Assembly (NCBI GenBank): GCA_030586555.1
Contig: JAURAC010000002.1
Location: 64,001 to 128,000 of the forward strand
Direction of reading: 5' to 3'
DNA length: 64,000 nt
Origin: Candidatus Subterrananammoxibius californiae
Lineage (GTDB): Bacteria; Planctomycetota; Brocadiia; Brocadiales; Subterrananammoxibiaceae
The first letter of the stretch is position 1. Each line of letters begins with the position of its first letter. Position numbers and translations under genes: made by a program. Below, one piece after another: positions 1-10,317 of the stretch. Under the pieces are notes generated by a model. That model ran no database searches and was not told where the DNA came from. It saw only the letters and a list, made by a program, of their open reading frames with translations.

Positions 1-1
1 T

Positions 2-277
2 GGTAAGCTTGAAATTAAAAGTAGATTTATTAAAGACACTGGAAAGTTCCTCAAACCGATGGTCGAGATTTCTATCAAAGACAATGGTCATGGTATCAGT
101 GAAAAAGACCAGCCACGAATCTTTGAACCATTTTATACAACAAAAGAGGCTGGAAAGGGGACTGGATTGGGACTCGCAATAGCTAAACGAATCCTTGACT
201 TTCACAATGCTCAAATTAACGTCGTCAGTAAAGAAGGAGAGGGAACGACATTTTTCATCTACTTACCTCAAGGCTGA
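2..277 (+). CDS. Sensor histidine kinase, C-terminal HATPase domain (partial, runs off window start)
   Basis: DNGHGI, FEPFYTTK and GKGTGLGL G1/F/G2 boxes; frame is open back to position 2. Confidence 0.9.
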   Translation, partial: GKLEIKSRFIKDTGKFLKPMVEISIKDNGHGISEKDQPRIFEPFYTTKEAGKGTGLGLAIAKRILDFHNAQINVVSKEGEGTTFFIYLPQG

Positions 278-298
278 GGGCTGAAGGCTGAAGATACT

Positions 299-1732
299 AT
301 GAATAGCAAAGCCAAGATACTAATAATTGAAGATGATAATAGCATGCGGGATTTCCTTAAGGATTTCCTGGAGCATGAGGGATACTCCGTCCAGGCTGCA
401 ATTAACGGACGTGAAGGGTTAGAAATAATTAAAAAGGAATACTTCGATTTGGTTATAACCGACGTTGTTATGCCCGAAGTTGACGGCGTTGAGGTCCTGA
501 GGTCAATTAAAGGAAGCAACATAGAGACCTCGATAATTGTTATAACCGGGCAAGCATCCATTCGCCAGGCTGTGGAATTCATAAAGATGGGCGCAGACGA
601 TTACTTCAAAAAACCTTTTATCACGGATGAGATACTGCTGGTAATAGAAAGATGCATAAGACAGCGGAAGTTAGCAAACGAGAATACTGAACTTCGCCAT
701 AGATTAGGCAGGCGGCATGAATTTCCAGAAATTATTGGCGGCAGCGAAAAGATGCAGGTTATACTTGATTTGATATTAAAAGTGGCTGACTCTGATGCAA
801 CAGTCCTAATCCTGGGAGAAAGTGGAACTGGAAAGGAATTAGTAGCAAGGGCAATCCACGAAAAAGGTCTGAGAAAAAGCCATCCATTTATTCCAGTAAA
901 TTGTGGCGCTATTCCCGAGACCTTACTTGAGTCCGAATTATTTGGTTATGAAAAGGGCTCATTTACAGGCGCCGATGTACAAAAACAGGGCTTTTTTGAG
1001 GCAGCAGATAAAGGAACAATCTTCCTCGACGAGATAGGGGAAATGGGGCAATCCCTTCAGGTAAAATTACTGAGAATCCTTGAAACCAGGATGCTATATC
1101 GTATAGGGTCTAATAAGGGCAAGGAAATTAACGTAAGGGTTATAGCTGCAACAAACAAGAACCTAAAAGAAGAGGTACAAAAAAAGGAATTCCGACAGGA
1201 CCTCTTCTATCGCTTTAATGTATTTCCGATAGTCCTTCCTTCACTAAGGGAGCGGAGGGAAGACATTCCCCTGCTGGTTAATTGGTTCCTTGAAAAACAC
1301 AAGTACAAAGGAAAAAAGGTTAGTATAGCATCAGAGGCACTAAAATTGCTTACTAACACCTTATATAGCTGGCCAGGCAACGTCAGGGAACTGGAGAATG
1401 TTATAGCAAGGGCAACAATCCTCAGTCTTGGCAAGGAGATTACCGTTGACCTTCTGCCACCGGAAATCCGAACCCCTGATGTTTCCAAGCTCTATTACGG
1501 CGAAATTTATGAAAAGCCGTTTAAGGAAGCAAAACAGGCATTTGAAAGACGGTATGTTGAGAAATTGCTCCAGAAGACAGAAAATGATTTTAACATTGCA
1601 TCACAATTCGCCGGTCTTTCAAGGGCATACCTGTACGAAATGGTTAAGAAATATGATATAGATTCTGGAAGAAGAAAAAAGGACATCAAAAATATTTTGC
1701 TTAGTAAGGACACCATGCCTACTATTTCGTAG
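299..1732 (+). CDS. Sigma-54-dependent NtrC-family response regulator
   Basis: Receiver domain (IIEDD, TDVVMP), Walker A GESGTGKE, GSFTGA loop, C-terminal HTH; follows the kinase. Confidence 0.95.
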   Translation: MNSKAKILIIEDDNSMRDFLKDFLEHEGYSVQAAINGREGLEIIKKEYFDLVITDVVMPEVDGVEVLRSIKGSNIETSIIVITGQASIRQAVEFIKMGADDYFKKPFITDEILLVIERCIRQRKLANENTELRHRLGRRHEFPEIIGGSEKMQVILDLILKVADSDATVLILGESGTGKELVARAIHEKGLRKSHPFIPVNCGAIPETLLESELFGYEKGSFTGADVQKQGFFEAADKGTIFLDEIGEMGQSLQVKLLRILETRMLYRIGSNKGKEINVRVIAATNKNLKEEVQKKEFRQDLFYRFNVFPIVLPSLRERREDIPLLVNWFLEKHKYKGKKVSIASEALKLLTNTLYSWPGNVRELENVIARATILSLGKEITVDLLPPEIRTPDVSKLYYGEIYEKPFKEAKQAFERRYVEKLLQKTENDFNIASQFAGLSRAYLYEMVKKYDIDSGRRKKDIKNILLSKDTMPTIS

Positions 1733-2708
1733 GCGCCAATTGCTCCTTTTTTGTACTTTCAAGACTATGGCGAATTAACGTCCTCAGCACATAACTCCTC
1801 TCTGCCCCTCCCAACAACATCTTTAAATCGTCATACAGTGTTGGGTCATTAATGATTGCACCGAGGGTGCCTTCGCCTGCTGCTGTTTTGTCAGTAATAT
1901 CTTTTAGATTGGCGAGGGTAGCAGAAAGGTCATCTAACATCTTAGATTTTTCTGCATCATACAAAAGGCTGTATAAAAGACCTTTATTGGTGCTAATCTG
2001 TGCAAGGAGTTCATCAATCCTGTCCGGCAGTTTCGCAAACTTTTTGGATGCGTTCTTAAATTCTTGAACGCTTTCTGACACGCTACTGAGAATCTTGCCA
2101 CCTTCGGGATCGAAAATCATGGCGTGCATTAGACCCTCTCCACCCTTAATTTCCTCGCCAAATGCCCTGATTGACCTTGCCGCATCGTTAAGGGCATCAA
2201 AGAATCCCCCCCCCTCTAAATTTTTAAACCTCCCCGCAACTGCATTAAGGGTGTTAATACTTCCCTCGAAAGCGGCAGTATAATCTATCGGCTGAATCCC
2301 CATTACGTAGCCCCCTTCTTTCACCGCAGGCTTATCACTGCTTCCGATGGTAATTTCTATGTAGGAATCCCCCGTAACATAACTAAGCCATTTTATAGTA
2401 GCCTCAGAATCCTCTCTAATCCTATCTTGCACACCTTTGCTCATCCGCATAACAACTTCCATGTTCTTCTCTGCCAAGCCTTTTGGGAAAAGAATAGCAT
2501 CTACCTCCCCCACATCCATCCCTGCAAGCCTGACGGGCGCGCCCTCCCTTAATCCACGCACATTAGAGAAGGTGGTTTTAATTTCGTACCGTTGCTTGAA
2601 AAGTCCCCGCTCGGTGCCGAGCACAAAGATAATTACAGCCATACCAACTGATACAATAACTACGAAAAAACCCGCTCTTATAGCAGCTGCCTGTTCTCTA
2701 CCAAACAT
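1722..2708 (-). CDS. mlaD: MCE/MlaD-family lipid transport substrate-binding protein
   Basis: N-terminal TM, GLREGAPVRLAGMDVGEV MCE motif, helical C-terminus; operon with mlaE/F. Confidence 0.9.
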   Translation of the reverse strand: MFGREQAAAIRAGFFVVIVSVGMAVIIFVLGTERGLFKQRYEIKTTFSNVRGLREGAPVRLAGMDVGEVDAILFPKGLAEKNMEVVMRMSKGVQDRIREDSEATIKWLSYVTGDSYIEITIGSSDKPAVKEGGYVMGIQPIDYTAAFEGSINTLNAVAGRFKNLEGGGFFDALNDAARSIRAFGEEIKGGEGLMHAMIFDPEGGKILSSVSESVQEFKNASKKFAKLPDRIDELLAQISTNKGLLYSLLYDAEKSKMLDDLSATLANLKDITDKTAAGEGTLGAIINDPTLYDDLKMLLGGAERSYVLRTLIRHSLESTKKEQLAPTK

Positions 2709-2794
2709 GGCTCATCACCCCTTCCAACTGCGGAATGCAGAGTGCGGATTGCGGAATTATTCCGAACTCCGCATTCCGAAATCCGAATTCCACA

Positions 2795-3544
2795 TTAACA
2801 AATATTTCCCTCTAAGAAATCTTTTACTATTTTAAGACTCGAATGTTCGAAATCCTTCCACGTTCCTTCCGCAATGATTCTTCCCTCGTAAAGCATTACA
2901 ATACGGTCGGTAATCATCTTAACGCTGTACATATCATGTGTCACTACTATCGAAGTAACTCCCGTTTTATCCCGTAAATCCAGCATCAGGTCATTTATCT
3001 TTCGAGCATTAATAGGGTCTACCCCCGTATTGGGCTCATCGTAGAGGAGAATCTTTGGGTCAGTAGCTATCGCCCTTGCGAGGCCTACCCTCTTTTTCAT
3101 ACCACCGCTTAATTCTTCAGGCAGTTTTTCTTCAATTCCCTCAAGTCCAACAAGCCTCAGCTTCTCTGCAACCTTTCTTCTTATTTCTAACCATCCCATT
3201 TTTGAATGTTCCAGTAGTGGATAGGCAATATTCTCAAAAACCGTTAAGGAGTCAAATAGGGCGGCACCCTGAAAAAGCATCCCGACATGCTTGCGTATCT
3301 CAAGCAGTTCTTCTTCCTCCATTCGAGCGACATCCCTGCCCATTACAAAAATATTTCCACTGTCCGGCTTCAGCAACCCGATTAACTCTTTCAAGAGCAC
3401 ACTTTTCCCTGAGCCGCTGCCTCCTATAAGTGATAATATCTCCCCCTCTTTAACACAGAAGCTTATGCCCCGGTGAACAGGCAGCCCATTAAATGACTTA
3501 TGCACATCTTTAAATTCTATAATATGATTATCAGACATCTCCAT
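2795..3544 (-). CDS. mlaF: MlaF-type ABC transporter ATPase
   Basis: GGSGSGKS, LSGGMKKRV, LLYDEP; start likely 3544 or 3538 because the longer ORF start is made of a palindromic repeat. Confidence 0.92.
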   Translation of the reverse strand: MEMSDNHIIEFKDVHKSFNGLPVHRGISFCVKEGEILSLIGGSGSGKSVLLKELIGLLKPDSGNIFVMGRDVARMEEEELLEIRKHVGMLFQGAALFDSLTVFENIAYPLLEHSKMGWLEIRRKVAEKLRLVGLEGIEEKLPEELSGGMKKRVGLARAIATDPKILLYDEPNTGVDPINARKINDLMLDLRDKTGVTSIVVTHDMYSVKMITDRIVMLYEGRIIAEGTWKDFEHSSLKIVKDFLEGNIC

Positions 3545-3575
3545 CTTTTTTAGCAGCTTTAGCCTGCGTAAACGG

Positions 3576-3659
3576 GGGTGGCATGGATAAACTTGTTTAT
3601 CCGTGCAAGTTGAGTAGATAAGCACGGGCACGGACAAATGAATTTGTCCATGCCACCCT
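3576..3659. repeat. REP-like palindrome family A (GGGTGGCAYGGACAAAC..GTTTGTCCRTGC), two copies here
   Basis: Further copies at about 15798-15829, 36376-36409 (inside valS), 45227-45243, 45921-45971 and 48277-48308. Confidence 0.9.
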
Positions 3660-3666
3660 GTCCATC

Positions 3667-4449
3667 TCAGAAAATAAGCATAAATAACTTTGTAATAAAG
3701 AAATCACTAATCAGGATAAGCACCGATATAGTAACCACTGCAACGGTTGTAGACCTTCCTACACCCGTAGTACCACCATACGTACTAAATCCATAATAAC
3801 ATCCGAATATGGAAATTATCAAACCAAAAAAAATGGTTTTACCCACTCCGCTTAAGAAATCAGAGATTTTTATTGTATCCCATACACTCTCAAGATAATA
3901 ATGATAGTCAATATTAAGTTCAAAGATAGATACTACCAATCCACCAAAGATACCTACAACATCCGCTGAAACGGCAAGTAGGGGAAGGACAAGCACGGAA
4001 GCAATTATCTTTGGCGTAACTAACTTTTTTATGGGGTCAGCCCCGAGCGCCCTTATCGCATCAATTTGCTCGGTAACCTGCATTGAGCCTATTTCTGCGG
4101 TAATACCAGAACCCACGCGTGCCCCTACCATGATAGCAGTGAAAACAGGACCCAGTTCCCTCACGAGGGAAAGTGACACTACCGTTCCAACGTATAATTC
4201 AGCGCCAAACTCTCTCAAACCATATATCGTCTGGAGCGCCAGCACCATCCCTCCAAATAGTGCCATGAGGTCAACCACTATCAGCGACTTAGTTCCAATG
4301 TTGTCCACCTCTTTAACAACAAGCATAAAATTAAAAGGAGGGACGAATATCCCTGCTATTCCTTTGACAGTGAGCAGGAATACTATCCCCACAGACCGCA
4401 CAAACCTTCGTAACCAATCATCTAAAGAAACTAACGCTTTTTTAAGCAT
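3667..4449 (-). CDS. mlaE: MlaE-family ABC permease
   Basis: RELGPVFTAIMVGARVGSGITAEIGSMQVTEQIDA motif. Confidence 0.95.
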   Translation of the reverse strand: MLKKALVSLDDWLRRFVRSVGIVFLLTVKGIAGIFVPPFNFMLVVKEVDNIGTKSLIVVDLMALFGGMVLALQTIYGLREFGAELYVGTVVSLSLVRELGPVFTAIMVGARVGSGITAEIGSMQVTEQIDAIRALGADPIKKLVTPKIIASVLVLPLLAVSADVVGIFGGLVVSIFELNIDYHYYLESVWDTIKISDFLSGVGKTIFFGLIISIFGCYYGFSTYGGTTGVGRSTTVAVVTISVLILISDFFITKLFMLIF

Positions 4450-4494
4450 AAGATTTTAAAAACCAGTGGCACTTGACTAACACCTCACCACTTG

Positions 4495-5157
4495 TCACTC
4501 GTCACTGCTTTTTATAAACACAAAGCTTCTAACCATTCTTTCAAAATCGTCAAGTGCCTCATCGAAACAGTGAGGCTGTGCCCAATAAACCAGGTCATAA
4601 ACCCAACCTTTCCTTGCTACCACATAAGAGCTTATCTTTATCTCGCTACCATTAACTTCACCAATTAAAACAGTGTGTAACGCCCTCTGTTCGGATAAGG
4701 TAACGTTCTGCTTGCTAAGTATCCTCCTATCCTTAATTCCAATAAAAAGATGGGTTTGCAAGACATCCAGAGGTAATTTGCCATATTCTTGTCGACGGGA
4801 GATTATTGCAAAGGACGAAATGCCATTTCGACAGACTTGCTTTTCATCACCACCTGCGGCTGATTTCCACATTGCAAGGTCTTCGCCTATCCCTTGTTTC
4901 TGGTAGGACCATCCTTCTTTTGGAAGGACTACTTTGTATTCTTTTTGGGGACTGGTGAACGTGCCGCTAACAATTATCTGTTGCGTCTGACAACCGATAA
5001 ATAAGACAAAAAGAACCGTACTAAGGCGTCTTATCAACAGATTCAGGATTTCGGATTTTGGATTCCGGATTTTGGATTGTTTTTTATTATTCCACATTCC
5101 GCAATCTCCATTCCACATTTCTTCAGTATGCCATTTAGCAAAAATAGTGTCAAACAA
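4495..5157 (-). CDS. Putative lipoprotein (start uncertain; annotated N-terminus is repeat-derived)
   Basis: Hydrophobic stretch ending FIGC; directly upstream of mlaE. Confidence 0.6.
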   Translation of the reverse strand: MFDTIFAKWHTEEMWNGDCGMWNNKKQSKIRNPKSEILNLLIRRLSTVLFVLFIGCQTQQIIVSGTFTSPQKEYKVVLPKEGWSYQKQGIGEDLAMWKSAAGGDEKQVCRNGISSFAIISRRQEYGKLPLDVLQTHLFIGIKDRRILSKQNVTLSEQRALHTVLIGEVNGSEIKISSYVVARKGWVYDLVYWAQPHCFDEALDDFERMVRSFVFIKSSDE

Positions 5158-5159
5158 AA

Positions 5160-5197
5160 AAACGCTGATTCAATCTTAAAGATTGAACCAGCGTTTA
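5160..5197 (-). terminator. Intrinsic terminator after TPR gene
   Basis: Hairpin aaacgctg-attcaatc/gattgaac-cagcgttt followed by a T run on the minus strand. Confidence 0.6.
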
Positions 5198-5268
5198 GCG
5201 CTAAGGGTCAGAAATTAATTGTCCCGGATGAACGCATTTTGAGCTTAGGAAGGCAAGAAAAAATATTT

Positions 5269-6453
5269 CTATCGGTCCATTTCCATTATTTCATCATTAA
5301 AAGGAATAACAGCTTCTTCAAACTTTCCTTCCATGACAGCAGCCGATGAGCCTCCCTTTTCTGATTTCTTTGCGGTCTGATATTCGGTAAATGTTCGTTC
5401 TGCCTCTGCCGCCATTCCTTTTACCTCGTAAATCTTCGAAAGGTTATAATAGGCGTCTGCATACGAACGGTCAAGCTTTACTGTTTCTTTATACTCAACC
5501 AACGCCTCGTCTAACATTCCTTTCATGTAGTATAAAGACGCCAGATTAAACCGTGCATGAACATGATTTGGGTCAAGCTCTACAGCAGTCTTTGTCTCAG
5601 ATAAAGCATGGTCTAAATCGTTTTTCTTCCCGTACAGCACGCCTAAAAGATAATGAGGTTCTGCAAGATTTGGGTTAATCTCTATAGCCTTATTAAAATT
5701 ATTCATTGATTCATCAATAGACCCTTGTGCAAAATATAAGAGACCAAGGTTCACGTGCACATCTGGATAATTGAGGTTAATTTCAAGGGTCTTTTTATAT
5801 TGCTCTATGGCTTCTTCATATCTTTGCATATCCTGGTACGCAACACCGAGATTGAAATGTGCTTTATCATATTCTGGATAAAGCTCTATTGAACGCTCGT
5901 AAAGCGGTACTGCCCTTTCTGGCAGGTTCATGTCGTGGTTAACGACACCAAGGTTAAAATACGCAAAGGCATTATACGGCTCAAGTTCTAAGACCTTCTT
6001 ATATTCCGCCATAGCATCCTCTATTTTGTTTCTTCTGTGAAAGTATGTTCCAAGCGCCATGTGCGCTTCGGCATCATTGGGATTGCGCTCAATTGCCTTT
6101 ATACACCTTGTATAATCATCAAGTGGCGCTCCAATTTTATTATATGTCTCCGCAAGTTTTTTATAGGCATCGGGATAATTGGAATTTAGTTCTATAGCCT
6201 TTCTAAATTCTTTAGCAGCGTCCTCAAGCATCCCTTTTTCTAAATAAGCATTTCCAAGGGCGTAATGAGCTTCTGGAAGGTTGGGCTTGATTTCTACAGC
6301 CTTTTTGTATGCATTAGTCGCTTCATCAAGCTTTCCCTGATTAAGCATATCGTTGCCCGTTTTTAAGTGTTTCTGCGCAGTATAAAGGCATCCTGAAGTC
6401 GCAAAAAGTGATGCAATAACGAATATAGACCATGTCTTACTAAAATAAAACAT
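5269..6453 (-). CDS. TPR-repeat lipoprotein
   Basis: Lipobox-like TSGC; about 9 canonical TPRs (AHYALGNAY, AHFNLGVAY etc.). Confidence 0.9.
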   Translation of the reverse strand: MFYFSKTWSIFVIASLFATSGCLYTAQKHLKTGNDMLNQGKLDEATNAYKKAVEIKPNLPEAHYALGNAYLEKGMLEDAAKEFRKAIELNSNYPDAYKKLAETYNKIGAPLDDYTRCIKAIERNPNDAEAHMALGTYFHRRNKIEDAMAEYKKVLELEPYNAFAYFNLGVVNHDMNLPERAVPLYERSIELYPEYDKAHFNLGVAYQDMQRYEEAIEQYKKTLEINLNYPDVHVNLGLLYFAQGSIDESMNNFNKAIEINPNLAEPHYLLGVLYGKKNDLDHALSETKTAVELDPNHVHARFNLASLYYMKGMLDEALVEYKETVKLDRSYADAYYNLSKIYEVKGMAAEAERTFTEYQTAKKSEKGGSSAAVMEGKFEEAVIPFNDEIMEMDR

Positions 6454-6503
6454 AATAAACTCCTATGCAAGTTTAATTAAAGTAAATCGCTTACTTACAA
6501 CAG

Positions 6504-6534
6504 AAAAAAACCCACCTCTCTGGTGGGTTTTTTT
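6504..6534. terminator. Bidirectional intrinsic terminator downstream of hdh
   Basis: aaaaaaacccacc-tctct-ggtgggttttttt. Confidence 0.75.
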
Positions 6535-6554
6535 ACGTTTAAGGCTATAGTGAC

Positions 6555-6582
6555 GAGATTCTTCGCTTCGCTACGAATGACA
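6555..6582. repeat. Dispersed repeat GAGATTCYTCRCTTCGCT..GAATGACA
   Basis: Copies at about 31526, 45190, and a related one at about 18552. Confidence 0.8.
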
Positions 6583-6721
6583 CTCCGTGTCAGTCTAATC
6601 AAAAACCTTAAAAGAAGCTGCACGGAACCATCATAACTTTAAGACGGTCCGTGCAGCTCTTAGATAACACACAAACAGCTCTCAGAGTCTTCAGCGAAGT
6701 CTGAGCTATTGGGAACATACT

Positions 6722-8440
6722 TTAGTGATGTTCCTCATGATGTTCTGTCTCGTGAACCGTGTGCTTTCCAGCCTCCATACCAAGTTCTTTGAGCCTCCTG
6801 TTGATGTATTCAACCTCTTCTACTGGTGCATGGTGCGTATCAAGCCAACCTGGCTCTGGGCAGAGGTCAAATATGGTCTTTCCGGGGAATTCCTTAACTA
6901 TCTTCCAACCGGTAAGATTGTCAAGCCACTCGCCATGTTTCCAGTAATCTTCAGGTACCCAAGTGATACCGACCTTCTTTTCAAGGGCAGCAAGTCTTCT
7001 AATCTTGGTAGAGTCCTCTTTAGCCTTCACAAGCCAACGGTCCATACCAAACGAACCATCGCAGTATGTAGCATCGTTCCATGACATGTGCATCATACCC
7101 TTTGCAACGTATGTCTGCCAGTATGAAACGGCTTCAAAGCAAAGCCTCGTGATATTATCGCAGTTAGACATCCTGAACTCGCCGGATTCACCTTCCTCGC
7201 CTCCAAATTCCTTGCCGTGATATGCGCCGATTTTCAAAGCCCAGATGTGCTGTCCTGACCAGTCAGGCGCAAGGTCCTTTGGCATTGGCTCGGCGATACC
7301 CTCTCTGTAAAGGTCTTCTGCAAGCTGGAACATGTCACGATACTTCATGCTTGCGTCCTTTATAGACTCATCCATAGCCTGCAAAATTTCCCTTGCAAAT
7401 CTTGGTGAGTGGCAGTCGTCGCAAACGGCTATCCATGCGGCTCTCTTTTCTGCCCATATTGGAGCGCCTCGGTCAACCATTGACATAGTCAAGCTCGTGT
7501 AGACCGTGGACAATTTTTGTACGTTGTGATGTCCACCCCTCATGTGGCAATACTGGCAGGTTGGACCAACGTAATCAGCGTCGGCAAGTTTCTTATCAAA
7601 GTCGAACTCTTCCTTGTTCCACTTGTTCGTCTGGTATACTACGCCATGAATTGAGATGTCATAAGCTTCCCAATCCCTATGGTCTTTACCCCAGTGGCAT
7701 GCCTTGCATTGTTCTGAGCGTCTTGCAGTCCCTACTTCGAATTGATGTCTCTGGTGGCATGTGCTGCATCTTTCTTCTGCGCTCGTGTGGCAGAAAACGC
7801 AACCAGCGGTATCCCCTGGCGGCCTTTCAATTGACCATGCGCATTCTACCTGTGCAAAGCTCGAACAAGAAGCGTGTGAACCAATACCGCCCTGGGACTG
7901 TTCATTGTACTGCTGTTCGTGGCAATCCTCCGTACCACAAGCCTTTGAACTGGGCATTATAAGCTTCTGGTGGTTATTACCATGGCAGGAATCGCAGCCT
8001 GTCGGACGTGGCTCAACGGTAGCGTGCCTGCTCTTTTTCCAGTCCCTGACTATTCCAGGTGTCAACACCTCATGGCATCCAAGACATTCTGTGAGTTTAA
8101 AAACACCCTTTATTGGGTTTGGAGGCCTGAGATGGTCCGGGTTGTACATTGCATCAGGGATATAATACCTGTATGCGGGAAGTGTTCGATAGAACTTGCC
8201 GTATTTGCCTGGCCATGGCGGTCCATCTTTTGGAGCGCCCATGTATTTTGCTCTCAAACCAGAAAAGAATACCTTTCCTGAATTGTCTGGTTCTCCAGGC
8301 ATGCCGTAAACTTCGTGTGGTACCCAGTGGGTTATAATTTCAACGGCTTGACATTCCTTTTTCACAACCCCGCTGGATGCAAAAAATGAACCTAAACCAA
8401 CTACTCCTATAATTAATAATACTTTTAATGTCTTACTCAT
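6722..8440 (-). CDS. hdh: Hydrazine dehydrogenase (octaheme HAO-family, HDH/HZO)
   Basis: Signal peptide, then VEIITHWVPHEVYGMPGEPDNSGKVFFSGL; 7 CxxCH plus one Cx4CH (CGTEDCH); crosslink Tyr in WNDATY; His-rich tail. Confidence 0.95.
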   Translation of the reverse strand: MSKTLKVLLIIGVVGLGSFFASSGVVKKECQAVEIITHWVPHEVYGMPGEPDNSGKVFFSGLRAKYMGAPKDGPPWPGKYGKFYRTLPAYRYYIPDAMYNPDHLRPPNPIKGVFKLTECLGCHEVLTPGIVRDWKKSRHATVEPRPTGCDSCHGNNHQKLIMPSSKACGTEDCHEQQYNEQSQGGIGSHASCSSFAQVECAWSIERPPGDTAGCVFCHTSAEERCSTCHQRHQFEVGTARRSEQCKACHWGKDHRDWEAYDISIHGVVYQTNKWNKEEFDFDKKLADADYVGPTCQYCHMRGGHHNVQKLSTVYTSLTMSMVDRGAPIWAEKRAAWIAVCDDCHSPRFAREILQAMDESIKDASMKYRDMFQLAEDLYREGIAEPMPKDLAPDWSGQHIWALKIGAYHGKEFGGEEGESGEFRMSNCDNITRLCFEAVSYWQTYVAKGMMHMSWNDATYCDGSFGMDRWLVKAKEDSTKIRRLAALEKKVGITWVPEDYWKHGEWLDNLTGWKIVKEFPGKTIFDLCPEPGWLDTHHAPVEEVEYINRRLKELGMEAGKHTVHETEHHEEHH

Positions 8441-8689
8441 GGTTATGTTATATTCCCTCCTTTCAAATTAGCGCCTAAGTAGCTTTAGTTTTATCGTTGT
8501 TATGTTGTGCGCTAAAATCTACTTGTTCTCCACTTACCGTTACGCTCTGCGTCACAATTGGCACACTGAGAGTTCCGTATACTTCTTAACCAACCAACCA
8601 CCTCCTTTCTCACACCAAAACTGTCTAACTAAATTCAAGAAAGCTATTTCTCGGTTAATAGTGTACTTCTACATCTCTGAAGATTCAGT

Positions 8690-8717
8690 ATTATAACCAT
8701 GTACAAAAAAAAGTCAA
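8690..8717 (-). promoter_or_regulatory. Sigma70-type promoter for hdh
   Basis: TTGACT-16 nt-TATAAT on the minus strand, about 250 nt upstream of the hdh start. Confidence 0.6.
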
Positions 8718-8829
8718 TATAAAAAAGTTAATTTTTTTGAGAAATCTCGTGCTGAGTCTTAACTAACGAAATCTTCTATACTTCTAACAATCATCACAAC
8801 AAACTTTTTCACCGTTAAGTTGAGCTTTG

Positions 8830-10215
8830 TCAACAAACCCTCTTAAACCTTGCCTGAAAGTGTCTAAGGAATCTGGGTTCGTACGTAAATGCCAAACCTT
8901 TTATATTTTCACGTCTATTATATATTCTGCCAAATATCTGGGCTACATAAAGTAAGTGCTCTGTTGTATAAACCCTTCGAGGGATTGCCAATCTTGTTAA
9001 TTCAAGTCTCGGTAAAATATTCTTCCCTGTATCGGGGTCTCTACCAGCAAGCAAGGTACCCACTTCAACTGCCCTTACACCGCCTTCAATGTACGCCTCG
9101 ACACAAAGCGTATGGGAAGGAAACTCTTCTTGGGCAATATGTGGAAGGAATGCCCTGCCGTCAATAAATACGGCGTGCCCTCCAATAGGTTTTAAGATAG
9201 GAACCTTTCTTTTTTCTAATTCCTCACCAAGATACCGTACCTTTTCGATACTGTACCTCAGGTATTCTTCATCTGAACCCTCGTGCAATCCGACAGCCAC
9301 CGCCTCCATATCCTTTGCGCTTATCCCGCCGTAAGTAGGAAAGCCCTCAACGGCAATCCCAACCTGGGCAAGCTGCTTATAAAGTTCGTAATCCCTTACA
9401 GCCACGAAACCGCCCATGTTTACAATTGCATCCTTTTTGGCGCTCATAGCGCATCCATCAGCTAAAGACATCATTTCGCGCACAATCTCTATGATGGATT
9501 TGTCCTTATAGCCTCTCTCCCTTTCCTTTATAAAATAGGCGTTCTCAAAACACCTTGCGGCATCATAAAAAAGCCTGAGCTTATATTTATCTGTAACAGC
9601 TTTTACCTCCTTCATATTTTTGAGGGAGACAGGCTGACCGCCACCGCTATTGCACGTAATAGTAATAAGCACATAAGGTATTCTTTCTGGCTTGTATTTT
9701 TCAATGCAGGCTAAAAGTTTTTTTATATCCACATTACCCTTAAAATCGTGATGTACGTAGGGGTCGTACACCTCATCAATTGTGCAATCAATGGGCTTGC
9801 CACCTGTTCTTCTTATATTCTCTATTGTGGTATCAAAGTGCATATTCCCGGGCACAAAATCACCCCTTTTTACCAATACCTCATCAAGGACATGTTCTGC
9901 CCCCCTGCCTTGATGGGTAGGAAGCACATGTTCAAAGCCAAATAATTCCTGAATGGATTGCTTCATTCTGGCAAAGCTCTTGCTGCCTGCATAAGCCACG
10001 TCTGCAAGCATCAGTGCGCTCCACTGCTCCTGGCTCATTGCGCCGGTACCACTATCGGTAAGTAAATCGATATAAACATCTTCCGATTGAAGCAAAAAAG
10101 GATTCAGTCCTGCCGCCTCGATTTTTCTTATCCGTTCCGCCTTTGAAATCAGCCTTATTGGCTCAACCATTTTAATCTTAAAAGGTATAAATTTTAATAA
10201 ATCCTCTTGCATCAT
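8830..10215 (-). CDS. tnaA: Tryptophanase (beta-eliminating PLP lyase)
   Basis: IDLLTDSGT, PTHQGRGAE, MSAKKD PLP lysine; LRHF and EVG motifs favour TnaA over tyrosine phenol-lyase. Confidence 0.85.
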   Translation of the reverse strand: MMQEDLLKFIPFKIKMVEPIRLISKAERIRKIEAAGLNPFLLQSEDVYIDLLTDSGTGAMSQEQWSALMLADVAYAGSKSFARMKQSIQELFGFEHVLPTHQGRGAEHVLDEVLVKRGDFVPGNMHFDTTIENIRRTGGKPIDCTIDEVYDPYVHHDFKGNVDIKKLLACIEKYKPERIPYVLITITCNSGGGQPVSLKNMKEVKAVTDKYKLRLFYDAARCFENAYFIKERERGYKDKSIIEIVREMMSLADGCAMSAKKDAIVNMGGFVAVRDYELYKQLAQVGIAVEGFPTYGGISAKDMEAVAVGLHEGSDEEYLRYSIEKVRYLGEELEKRKVPILKPIGGHAVFIDGRAFLPHIAQEEFPSHTLCVEAYIEGGVRAVEVGTLLAGRDPDTGKNILPRLELTRLAIPRRVYTTEHLLYVAQIFGRIYNRRENIKGLAFTYEPRFLRHFQARFKRVC

Positions 10216-10317
10216 TATCTCCTTATAGTTACAAGTACGTGAAAATTATAACAAATCTAACAGGATGCACAAAGAGAAATTATAATAATGGAGGGTATAA
10301 AGGAAGGATTTCTTACA

